Shown here one piece after another: positions 52,025-64,000 of a DNA stretch of 64,000 bases. The notes under the pieces were generated by a model that did not search any database, was not told where the DNA came from, and worked only from the letters and a program-made list of their open reading frames with translations. Source of the stretch: Antedon mediterranea (Eukaryota > Animalia > Echinodermata); contig NC_092674.1 of NCBI RefSeq assembly GCF_964355755.1, positions 27,838,001-27,902,000 of the forward strand, in the 5' to 3' direction. How positions within the stretch are numbered: position 1 is the stretch's first letter; every line of letters starts with the position of its first letter. A program made the translations under genes and the position numbers.

Positions 52025-55000
52025 ATGGCGTTGTCGCGAAATAAAAGCTACGTCCATGCCCCAAATCTGAAGCCATTTATTGGGCTGACGATGCACGAAA
52101 TGTTGGAAGAGAGAGTGAAGAAAAATCCGGACAGAGAAATGCTTGTTTTTGTCGGTGATAATGAACGAGTTACATTTGCTGAATTCAAGACAAGAGTGAG
52201 TATGAAAATATTAACACGGTAATTGGCTACACGAAGGCCTCTGTTACGTACGGCGTCATACAGTATAGGCCTAATACATGTTTTTCTTTAAAGATATATT
52301 GTCCCCTTGGAACATGAAAAATGAAGATTAATAAAATCAGATATTGAATCGGCCATTATGTAGTTCGGGTTTTTCCGTAGAAAAACCCGAAATCAAATGT
52401 TAAAACAGTTAAATTCACCAAATATATACCCATTGGCTGGAAGCCAATTTTTGCTTTAAAAAAAGAGTGTATTTACCTGGGGAAAAAATAGTCAAATTGG
52501 CTTCCAGCCAATGAGTAAGCCAATGGGGTTTTTAGTTGAATTAACCATTTATTTTGTTTATTTTTATGAAAACATTAACTGGTTTTATATTTTTTACTAC
52601 GGAAGTAATTAATTTAACTACAAAATAAACTATTAAAAATCAAATTTAAATAATCTTTATTTTGTCTTTTTTTTTTGTCAAAATAAATATCATATTCAAC
52701 AATAAAAAAGACAACGCGAGGAACCAGTGCTCTTCGGCTTTTAAATGTATTGTATTAGATACTTTTCTATGCTATATATTTTGTTTTAAGACGTCTCTAT
52801 TATTTTATTGAAAGAAAGAGGTATACAGTATTTCCTTTCTTCTTTTTTTTTTTCAGGTAATAGACTTAGCAGCCGGGTTCTTACTCAAACTTGGTCTTCG
52901 TCGTGGTGATCGTATAGCTGTTATAGGAGCTAACCACGTAGAATTGCCCCTTATAACGGCTGCAGCGAGAGCAATAGGCGTCGGTGTGGTAGGTGCTATG
53001 TATATCAAACAAAAGTTGAGCTTTAATGTTCAGTGTAAAAGAATTCTACCTATTTTAAAATGTTTTACTCGTAATAATGCTAACGTAGCAACATTAACTT
53101 TTTTTCAGGCTAACCTGCTTCTTGGACATACTCCTCAAACATTTAAGAACATAATATCACGGGTATGTTATATATCATATTCTATTATTATATTGAATTA
53201 ATAAACGTCTTATTAGAATTAAGAGGAATTCCCAGACTATCGCACCTTATGTTTCTTAGGCTGAATGTTGGTCAACCCCACCATTCTCCGTAAACTGCCT
53301 GGAATAATTTTTCGAACACATTATTCACAGGTGTCGTGCAAAGCGCTGTTCATAACTCGTAGCCCGGACACACTTTACCCAATATTTTGTGAAATGATTC
53401 CAGAGTTAAGTGAAAGTATTCCAGGTGACCTAAATTCAAAACAGTGAGTATTGCAACAATTTGAATACTATAATTTGCTTAGATGCATTCATGCATACGT
53501 AGGCCATCCTAACATGACTAATGTTTCCTCATTCCTCTCATTCATTCATTACCTAACAATTTACTGTTTATTATATTCGTTTCTGTAGGTTCCCCGATTT
53601 AAAGAAGGTCGTAGGCGCTGGTTCGAACTGTAAAAGGTAAGAACATATAATTGTCCAACACAACGACTTGATACTGTTGTTTTTGCTAGGAACCCCGGAA
53701 AACCCAGATAATTTGTGTGTTGTTTTTTTTTTCTTGTTTTTTTTTTTGGGCATACTGTTTTTCTTTCTTTTCAGTGGAACGTTGAATTTCGATGACATAT
53801 CTACTTCTGGATGTGAGGAAGAAGTAGCAACAGCGGCCAAGAAAGTGACAATTGATGACATTAGCCATTTTCATATGACATCGGTAAAAAATATTACATT
53901 GATTCCTATAAGTAGGCTTATAAGTTACCGGATAAGTAGGATTACTGTTGTTGTGACAATTCAAAATAGTCATGTTCAGCTGTTTTTGTATTATAGTTTA
54001 TAGACTTAGTCGTATTTTTATGTCATGGTAACATAATAGGCTGTTATGGCAATCCACGATCCAGGCCAGTATAATATGTTTTTAATTTTATTCCGCAGGG
54101 CTCAACTGGAACCCCGAAATTGGTACCTTATACTCATTTTACAATACTGAATAATTACACCCTTCCACCAAATCAATTTGACGAAGAACAAGTGAGCAAT
54201 GTTTAAAACTTGGTTCCCACTAGGCCTACAACGTAACGAAGGACATAAGCGTAATATATTGTTGTAACTGTCGCTTGTATTTCTCTTACGTCCTAGTGGG
54301 AACAAAGCTTTAGCTTTATACCTATACCGTAACTATATAATGTGGATGCATGTGACGAATTACATTCTCCTAAATACTCGGATGACAGCTGATGATGATG
54401 ATAACGCAGCTCAATGACGTACGTGCAACGCAAGTGACTTGACCAATCCCAAGACAATTGCGTTGTGATTGGTAAAATTGATAACGTAATTAATTATTAT
54501 TATTTATTTAATATTAATAATATATGTTGTACTAAAGATCAATAAATTAGCATGCATTGGTAACATGGCATACGCTGTAGGAATGCTAATGGGTCAAGTA
54601 CAGCCACTCCTATACGGTACAACTTCAGTGTTTCCTTCACCAACCTACACATTTGAAAAGTTTCTTCAGGCTGTCGAAGCAGAGAGGTAAATAGTTCACA
54701 ATTTCACCTATATGCGGAATTCAACGATTTTAAAATTTGAAATTCCCACAGTAATATAATCGTACGATAATGATGAAGTTAAAGTGACGTATTTTTGTGA
54801 CACATTTATACTGGAATTTCTTTTTTAGATGTACCTTTGTCAATGTTATGATTGACGGTGTAGTTGATCTTTTGTATAATCCTATCTGTGGCAAGTACGA
54901 CCTGTCTTCGTTGAAATCAGGTAACGTATTAAAATGGTAGGGCTATATTATAGTTAGGCCTGTACAAGTATTATCGATAAGAGAGACTTTCATAGTAATT

Positions 55001-57317
55001 TCTAAGTATCAGAAACGACGAAACATTGTTTTCTTTTTAATACAAGGTATGACTGGTGGCTCGCCCATTCCATCAGTTGTTTTTTTCGAATTGAACAAAA
55101 AGCTTGGAATTCGTTTGTTGGTAAGCAAGGAAATTGTTGATTGTTTGATAAATATTTCGGCACATACGGCGTTTCATAATGTACAATATCAAAACGTCTA
55201 TAGTCAGTAAAAACTATCAACGTAAAAAAGAAACTTATAAAGTCTACAAACACTACAGAACAACAACCATCTGCGCATGCTTACAAAAGATTTGACGTTG
55301 TGATAGTTTCTGATTTTGTTTTCTCTTGTACCAGAATTTGTACGGGTCTACAGAAACCCTCTGTATCAGCTCTTTGACAGTCGATGACAGTCCAGATGTT
55401 TGGAGTACATCTGGCCGTCCTTTACCAAATATTGAAGTAAGTTCAACTTTATGAACTTGTTACTTGTTTCATCCCATTCCTTTATAGTTCTGTAATGTAG
55501 ACCTACACAAACAATTATTTCAAATCCCTTTCTAAAGATTCAAATAGTTAATAAAGAAGGACGTTCCGTAGATGTCGGAGAAAAGGGAGAGATATGGGTA
55601 CGAAGTCCGACTGCGTTCAGAGGTTACTGTGGTGATATTGAGAAAACAAAACAGACGATCACTGAAAACGAATGGATTAAAATGGGGTACTATCACAACA
55701 ATGATATTATTTTAAATTGGTGAATAATTTGCCAAGTCAGGTAACATTTAACCACATTTGTTTAAATGGAAGTAAATGTATTAATGTACCACCATTTATT
55801 TTCCAGAGATGTGGGTAAGGTAAATGCGGATGGCTACCTGACAATTGTTGGTCGAATTAAGGTAATTGAATTATACATATTTAACATTACAGTAATTTCA
55901 AACACTGTCGAATACCACAAAAAAACCTCCAGAAGCCCGGCAGCACTCTTTCCAACTTTTGAGTCTAGTCGAATTTAATTAACACCATTGAAATAACTAT
56001 ATTTTCAGAACATAATTATCAGAAGAGGTGTAAATGTCTATCCATCAGAAGTGGAAAGTATAGTAACAACTCATCCAGCCGTAAACATTGCGCAGGTAGT
56101 TGTATTAAATAATGTGGAAAATATTTTAAAGACAGAAGTTAACACTTGATATCATATTTCTTCTAATCTCTCCAGGTTTTTGGAATCCCGGATTACAGAG
56201 TCGGTGAAGATGTGTGTGTATGTGTTACGTAAGTATCATTTTCTTTCAGGCAACCTAAAATGTATGTATACAATTCAAAGATGGTTGCTTTTTTTAATTC
56301 AACAAAACATATATTTTCAAAATAAAATTAATAAAACGGTACTGTTGTGTAATAAATTCTTTCATTAAAAGGAAAAAACATTTTTAATTTCAGATTAAAT
56401 GAAGGTTACGATGTCACTGAAGAAGAACTGAAAACCTTCTTTGTAGGAAAGGTATTAGACAACAAAATGTTGTTATGAGTTAGGATAATAAAAATAAACT
56501 GCAATAAATGCATGCTTGTGATTGAATATTTATAAACATTAGTAGCAAGCTAATTTTTAAATGAATATCTCTTCTTTGTGGCTCTCACCAAGCAGGCTAA
56601 TATTTTCTATATGAGACTAATTGCCAATTAGGACAAAATAAAGTTGACTGGCTGTCAACGAGAATGCTCTTTTTTGGAAGCGGTAGGGGCGTTGTGCGCG
56701 GGGCAGTAACAAATGGTGGCATGTATTATCATCAACCGGGGCAATTACTTAAATCATTATGAATTAGTAGGTGGCTTGCGATAGTCAGTTCTACTCTATT
56801 TAATGACAGTTGCAGAATCACTAATTTATTTCTTGAAACTGCAATTTCCCCCTTTTTTTTCAGATTTCGGATGACATCCAGCCGTCTTACTTTCTTATTT
56901 TTGACTCGTTTCAATCTGGTGCTTCGGGAAAGGTACTTTGTTTTTGTATTTTCATTGCTATAAAAAATATTACGGCTAAACAATAATGTGTTTTTTTACT
57001 CTTTTATCTCTCAATTCATGAAACATAATTATTGCAGTACAAAAGTGCAGTAACTGTAGTAGAAGCTGTCGTTATGGTCTCTAAAGTGTAGAACGTATAC
57101 AAAAGGACTAACTCTAGTAATACTCCTTTCCACATACAAAACTTTTTTTTAATGCATCGAGGAAGTCAGATTGTCTATAGATGATGGCTAGATGGTTATT
57201 AAAATCATGTTCGCAATTTCGTAATTATCGTTACAGGTGGATCGTACGAAGCTACAAGAGATGGCTATTAGTAGAATTGAATTACCGGAAACTCCTTATG
57301 CTGAATTGTACAACTAA
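52025..57317 (+). CDS. ACSF2: ACSF2-like medium-chain acyl-CoA synthetase copy E, intact, ~562 aa
   Basis: Exons 52025-52195, 52857-52988, 53109-53162, 53331-53443, 53589-53636, 53775-53883, 54099-54191, 54538-54686, 54829-54920, 55047-55120, 55335-55436, 55538-55686, 55807-55861, 56009-56095, 56176-56228, 56394-56451, 56864-56932, 57237-57317 total 1689 nt and are open. ANL motifs TSGSTGTPK, YGSTE, MGD, GRIK and SGK are present. The SYVH N-terminus, LGLRRGDRI and IPEL..S.PG.L.S...P.LK segments resemble ACSF2 (a divergent paralog, not necessarily the ortholog). An upstream exon is possible. Confidence 0.85.
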
Positions 57318-57526
57318 TTCCATTCATGAAAATATAATCTTTCATCTTTCACCTTATGCAATTATTCGTACTTTTTGATTCATAAAATATTCATTATCTG
57401 TATAATATTCAACAGTTGGACTTCTGCACTTGTCAGCCTCACGTCAGTCAAAATGAAGATAATATCACAATTCTTAGCATGGAATAGAATTAATAATTTA
57501 ACATTTAGGAGCTGCTTGTGTGTTTA

Positions 57527-58750
57527 TATGATTACTGTCACGTGTTGATATCTTGATACTTTGATTGGTATACATGATTTCATCAAATTACTTCTGTATT
57601 ATGATTACTGTCACGTGTTGATGTCTTGATACTTTGATTGGTATACATGATTTCATCAATTTACTTCTGTATTATGATTACTGTCACGTGTTGATATCTT
57701 GATACTTTGATTGCATACATGATTTCATCAAATTACTTCTGTATTATGATTACTGTCACGTGTTGATGTCTTGATACTTTGATTGGCATACATGATTTCA
57801 TCAATTTACTTCTGTATTATGATTACTGTCACGTGTTGATGTCTTGATACTTTGATTGGCATACATGATTTCATCAAATTACTTCTGTTTTATGATTACT
57901 GTCACGTGTTGATATCTTGATACTTTGATTGGTATACATGATTTCATCAAATTACTTCTGTATTATGATTACTGTCACGTGTTGATATCTTGATACTTTG
58001 ATTGGTATACATGATTTCATCAAATTACTTCTGTTTTATGATTACTGTCACGTGTTGATATCTTGATACTTTGATTGGTATACATGATTTCATCAAATTA
58101 CTTCTGTTTTATGATTACTGTCACGTGTTGATATCTTGATACTTTGATTGGCATACATGATTTCATCAATTTACTTCTGTATTATGATTACTGTCACGTG
58201 TTGATGTCTTGATACTTTGATTGGCATACATGATTTCATCAAATTACTTCTGTTTTATGATTACTGTCACGTGTTGATATCTTGATACTTTGATTGGTAT
58301 ACATGATTTCATCAAATTACTTCTGTATTGTGATTACTGTCACGTGTTGATATCTTGATACTTTGATTGGTATACATGATTTCATCAAATTACTTCTGTT
58401 TTATGATTACTGTCACGTGTTGATATCTTGATACTTTGATTGGCATACATGATTTCATCAATTTACTTCTGTTTTATGATTACTGTCACGTGTTGATATC
58501 TTGATACTTTGATTGGTATACATGATTTCATCAATTTACTTCTGTATTATGATTACTGTCACGTGTTGATATCTTGATACTTTGATTGGTATACATGATT
58601 TCATCAATTTACTTCTGTATTATGATTACTGTCACGTGTTGATATCTTGATACTTTGATTGGTATACATGATTTCATCAATTTACTTCTGTATTATATTA
58701 CTGTCACGTGTTGATGTGTTTGATACTTTGATTGGTATACATGATTTCAT
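57527..58750. repeat. 73-bp tandem repeat, ~17 copies
   Basis: Same unit and same flanks as 50197-51692. Confidence 0.95.
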
Positions 58751-59094
58751 ATCACTACCATATGTGGACATATCACTACAATATTTGGGCACACTTGTTT
58801 TGTCAAACTACTTTGATAGTGTAGACAAAGCTTTATAGTAAAGGGATTAAACTTCCGGATTTACTGAATTTTAAAAAGTCTAAAAGAGGGTTGGACTTTT
58901 TCATTAAAATTGTACGTTTTATCTATTAAATTATATAGTTTATGCAACATTTTCATCTATAAAGATCATTGGCATTATTTCAATTTATGGCAACCTTCGC
59001 ATAATTATGTTGGTAGTCCAATTCTATGTTATCACGATCGTATACATTTAGTGCTTGCTTATTTCATTCACTGTAAAAATCGATACATTCAAGA

Positions 59095-62000
59095 ATGTTT
59101 AAAATGGCCTTGTCGCAAAATAAGAGCTACGTCCATGCCCCCAGTCTGAAGCCATTTATTGGGCTGACGATGCACGAGATGCTGGAAGAGAGAGTGAAGA
59201 AAAATCCGGACAGAGAAATGTTTATTTTTCTCAGCGACAATGAACGAGTTACATTTGCTGAATTTAAGAAAAGGGTGAGTATGACTGTTTAACATACTGT
59301 AAATATGTTAGTTAACATGGTAATTGACTATACGTAGGCCTCTGTTGTACGGTGACGTAGTCGTACCAAAAAGGATGCGTTATTGAAAGCATTTGAACAA
59401 GTAGTAACATTATGTTAGATCTTGTGTATCCGACCGAGCCAACTCCTTGGTCAGAAAATTTAGTATGTGTTCTATCAATGTAAAATGTGTTTTATTTAGG
59501 ACATATTGTGTAAACATGAATTGTGCTACATTATATGGTGCAACTATAATCAGGGTACCTTGCGATCTCTTCAGATATACTCCAATAATTGACAATGATT
59601 GCAATTTTTATTCTGTTTTATATAAATTCTATGTTACTGGGTTGTTAAATGTTTATCCTTGTTAATGTTATTTTGCCACCAGCACTATCAGGAGAGTCTT
59701 TTATAGCGATATTTTTTGCTTTTTGACAATCCGCCAGGATAGTGTTCTGCGCTTTTTCTCTGCTTGTTGTTGTTCTATGTAATATATGCTTTTTGTATTG
59801 TTTTTGTATTATTTTTCTGGATAATAAATGAATATGAATATGAATAATGGTTTAAGAATGTTGCTACAAAGGCCTCGACATTGCCATGTTTACGGAATGT
59901 AGAATTCCTTCTATTTTATGAATTGTTTAGAAAATCAAAATATGACCTGATGGGTAGACTAAATGCAAGCGAAAATGTTTTAGTCTCAACGATTATAAAA
60001 AATGTCTTAGTTAAGTCGAAGATGCTCTCCATGTGGAATGTCATCCTGAGATGAGTAGTAGTAATTAGTCTTGTTTATTTTATTTCATTTATATGTATTT
60101 TTTGTTTTACTTTCTATGGACCAGAGATTCCAAAATAAAAGATTGAATGAATTATAGTAGGCATACATGTTTTTCTTAATTAAAATATATATTGTCATGA
60201 AACATGAAAAAGATTAAAATCAGATATTGAATCGGCCATTATGTAGTTAATCACTTCCGAAGAAACAAAACCCGAAAAACAATTAAAACAGTTAAATTCA
60301 ACAAAATAAGCTACATACTGGAAGCTGGAAGCCAATTTGACTATTGTTTGCTTTAAATAAGAATGTATTTTCCTGGGAAATTAAATTAACCGTTTATTTT
60401 GTCATTTTATAAGTGAAACATCATTTTTTTTTTATACGGAAGTGATTAACTTAAAACTACAAAATAATAATATTGATTAAAAGTCTGATTTAATTAATCT
60501 TTATTTGTCATGTTTTGGAGAGATAACATATTTAAATTACAGTTGTGGATTAGTTGGATTAGACACTAATACTATATGTTGTTTTAAGACGTCTGTCTTA
60601 TTTTGTCTTTTTTTTCAGGTAGTAGACTTAGCAGCCGGGTTTCTACTCAAGCTTGGTCTTCGTCGTGGTGATCGTATAGCTGTTATAGGTGCTAACCACG
60701 TAGAATGGCCCCTTATAACGGCTGCAGCGAGAGCAATAGGTGTCGGTGTGGTAGGTGCCAGGTGCCATGTCATACCAAACTAAAGTTAACCTTACTGTGT
60801 AAAGTAATTATGCCCATTTTGAAATGTTTACTCGTAACAATGCTAACGTAGCAACATTAACTTGTTTCAGGCTAACCTGCTTCTTGGACATACTCCTCAA
60901 ACATTTATGAACATAATATCACGGGTATGTTATGTTGAATTAATGCACTTCGTATTATATAGAATTAAGAGGAATTCAAAGGCTCTCGCACCCTATGTTT
61001 TTTAGGTTGAGTACTGCTTTGATGTTGGTCAACCCCCATCCCTTCGTAAATTGCCAATAATGTTCCAACATGTTATTCACAGGTTTCGTGCAAAGCGTTG
61101 TTCATAACTCGTAGCCCAGACACACTTTACTCAATGGCTTGTGAAATGATTCCAGAGTTAAGTGAAAGTATTCCAGGTGACCTGAATTCAAAACAGTGAG
61201 TAATGCGACAATTTAAATATCTATTAAACGTAGGCTAGCTAGCTTTACCTTACTTACAGCAGGGAGTTAACAACTCCCTGCTTACAGTAAGTATTGGACA
61301 ATTCAAATAGTTTGTTTAGATGCATTCATGCATACGTAGGCTATCCTAACATGGCTAGTGTTTCCGAATCCTTCTCGTTCAATTATTCATGACCTAACAA
61401 TTTACTGTTTATTATAATCGTTTCTGTAGGTTCCCCGATTTAAAGAAGGTCGTAGGCGCTGGTTCAAACTGTAAAAGGTAAGAACATATAATTGTACAAC
61501 ACAACGACTTAATACTGGTGTGTTTGCTAGGAACCAACCTCGTGAAAATCCAGATGTTTTTTGGTTTATTTTTTTGTTTTCTTTTTTGTTTGTTTTTCTT
61601 TTACATACTGTATTTATATCTTTCTTTTCAGTGGAACGTTGAATTTCGATGACATATCTATTTCTGGATGTGAGAAAGAAGTAGCAGAAGCGGCCAAGAA
61701 AGTGACAATTGATGACATTAGCCATTTTAATATGACATCGGTAAAAAATATTACAGTAATTCCTATAAGTAGGCCTATAAGTTACCGGATAAGTAGGATT
61801 ACTATAATGTTGTGTAATGTCCAGCTGTTGTTGTATTAGAGTTTATAGACCTAGATGTTATGTATCTTAACATAGTGGTACTTTTTATTTCATGGTAACA
61901 TAATAGGCTGTCATGCCAATCCACGATCCAGGCCAGTATAATATGTTTTTAATCTTATTCCGCAGGGCTCAACTGGAACCCCGAAATTGGTACCTTATAC

Positions 62001-64000
62001 TCACTTTACAATACTGAATTCTTACACCTTTCCACCAAATCAATTTGACGAAGAACAAGTGAGCAATAATTAAAACTTGGTTCCAACTAGGCCTACAACG
62101 TAACGAAAGACATAAGCGTAATATTTTTTGTAACTGTCTCTTGTATTTCTCTTACGTCCTAGTGAGAACCAAGCTTTAGCTTTATACTTATACCGTAACT
62201 ATATATAATGTGGATGCATTTATATGACGAATTACATTCTCCTAAATACTCAGATGACAGCCGATGACGATGATAAAACGCAGCGCAATGACGTACGCGC
62301 AACGCAAGTGACTTGACCAATCACAATTGGTCAAATTATACTTACGTTACACTATGTCCCTGTGTTGCACTACTTCCATGTGTTGCGAGTTGCGTCCTAG
62401 TGGGAAAGCGACAACTAAAGGTTGATAATAGCGATGATAATTATTGATAACGTAATTAATTATTATTATTTATTTAATAATGATAATGTATTTTGTATTA
62501 AAGATCAATAAATTAGCATGCATTGGTAACATGGCATACGTTGTAGCAACGATAATGAGTCAAGTACAGCCACTTCTGTTCGGTACAACTTCAGTGTTTC
62601 CTTCACCAACCCACACATTTGAAAAGTTTCTCCAGGCTGTCGAAGCAGAGAGGTAAATAGTTCACAATTTCACCATACCCGCGGAATTCAACGATTTTGA
62701 AATTTGAAATTGCGATAGTAATATAATCATACTATGATAATGATGAAGTTAAAGTGATGTATTTTGTGACACATTTATACTGGAGTTTCTTTTTTAGATG
62801 TACCTTTGTCTATGTTATGATTGACGGTGTAGTTGATCTTTTGTATAGTCCTCTATGTGATAAGTACGACCTGTCTTCGTTGAAATCAGGTAACGTATTA
62901 AAATGGTAGGCCTAATAGTAGAGTTAGGCCTATACAATTATTATCGATAAGAGAGAATTTCATAGTAATTTCTAAGTACCTGAAAGACGAAACACTGTTT
63001 TCTTTTTAATACAAGGTGTGACTGGAGGCTCGCCCATTCCATCAGTCATTTTTTTCGAATTGAACAAAAAGCTTGGGATTCGTTTGTTGGTAAGCAAGGA
63101 AATGATTGTTTGATTATTGTTAATATTTCGGCACATATGGCGTTTCGTATGTACAATATCAAAACGTCTATATTCCTCCATATCAGGGAACAATACTAAC
63201 AACACAAAAGAGATAAAAACTTATAAAAAAAATTTTGACATTGTGATAGTTTCTGATTTTGATTTTCTTTGTACCAGAATTTATACGGGTCTACAGAAAC
63301 CCTCTGTATCAGCTCTTTGACAGTCGATGACAGCCCAGATGTTTGGAATACATCAGGCCGTCCTTTACCAAATATTGAAGTATGTTCAACTTTATGATCG
63401 TTTTAACTTGTTTCATCCCATTCCGTTCTGTAATATAGACCTACACAAACAATTTTTCAAATCCTTTTTTAAAGATTCAAATAGTTGATGAAAAAGGATG
63501 TCCCGTAGAAGTGGGAGAAAAGGGAGAGATATGGGTACGAAGTCCGACTGCGTTCCGAGGGTACTATGGTGATATTGAGAAAACTAAACAGACGATCACT
63601 GAAAACGGATGGATTAAAATGGGGTACTATCACAACAATGATATTATTTAAAATTGGTGAATTGAATTGAATTGAATTGAAATTTATATTTATACTGGGT
63701 AACCTCTTCAGTCAAAGACTGGTCTCCCAGAGGGCCCAGTTGGTGATCAGTGGCTGTGATGTACTAATACACCGGGGTAACCCCCTACTCGTCTCGAAAG
63801 ATGTACTAGGTTCTTTAAAGTGCACACGAGCTAGATGTGTACACTGGACCTACGGTTTATAGTCCTTATCCGAGAAGACTCGTTCTACCACCAGAACCAT
63901 GGAGCGAGAATAACTTGCTAATTCAAGTAACATTTAGGGCCTAACCACATTTGTTTAAGTGGAAGTTAAGGTATTAATGTACCACCATTTATTTTCCAGA
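59095..64000 (+). CDS. ACSF2: ACSF2-like copy F, exons 1-12 intact, runs off the window
   Basis: Exons 59095-59274, 60619-60750, 60871-60924, 61083-61195, 61430-61477, 61632-61740, 61966-62058, 62504-62652, 62798-62889, 63016-63089, 63278-63379, 63475-63623. The exon 13 acceptor is at 63998-63999. No frameshift was seen. Confidence 0.85.
59841..60152 (+). mobile_element. RTEX-like non-LTR retrotransposon 3' fragment
   Basis: Frameshifted NNGLRMLLQRPRHC / MFTECRIPS / FYELFRKSKYDLMGRLNASENVLV, ending in aataaaagattgaatgaat. It is absent from the matching intron of copy E. Confidence 0.6.
63660..63908 (-). mobile_element. 5'-truncated Deu/Nin-domain SINE with (CAATT)n tail
   Basis: The reverse strand gtcttctcggataaggactataaaccgtaggtcc...cactttaaagaacctagtacatctttcgagacgagtagggggttaccccggtgt resembles the Deu core of AmnSINE1/SINE3-type SINEs. 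It is absent from the matching intron of copy E. Confidence 0.7.

Noticed and set aside
52025-57317. Firefly-type luciferase or NRPS adenylation domain
   Set aside because: These belong to the same superfamily, but the N-terminal segments look ACSF2-like, there is no SKL-type peroxisomal signal and there are no carrier or condensation domains. Nothing here supports bioluminescence.
45438-58750. CRISPR-like appearance of the 21-bp and 73-bp arrays
   Set aside because: Units are head-to-tail with no unique spacers, there are no cas genes, and the context is eukaryotic.

Overview
This is AT-rich, intron-containing animal genomic DNA (GT-AG introns, SINEs, LINEs, MITEs), probably from a marine invertebrate; the taxon cannot be fixed from the sequence. 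The window holds a + strand tandem array of six 18-exon paralogs (A-F) of an ACSF2-like acyl-CoA synthetase (ANL/AMP-binding superfamily). By manual splicing, E is intact (~562 aa) and F is intact up to the window edge. C has one +1 frameshift, B and D are pseudogenes, and A has an in-frame deletion of exons 2-7. Differences between paralogs appear concentrated in segments expected to line the substrate pocket. Between C and D lies a single ~23 kb DNA transposon-like element (19991-42951) with CCCAGCAAACA inverted termini, a TT duplication and long AACGTT-rich subterminal arrays, resembling animal CMC/EnSpm elements. It carries decayed spliced gene remnants and many nested elements, and I found no transposase. 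A 3.8 kb 21-bp satellite grown from a MITE internal repeat replaces exons 8-17 of copy D, and 73-bp arrays follow copies D and E. All calls come from reading the sequence by eye; no searches were run.
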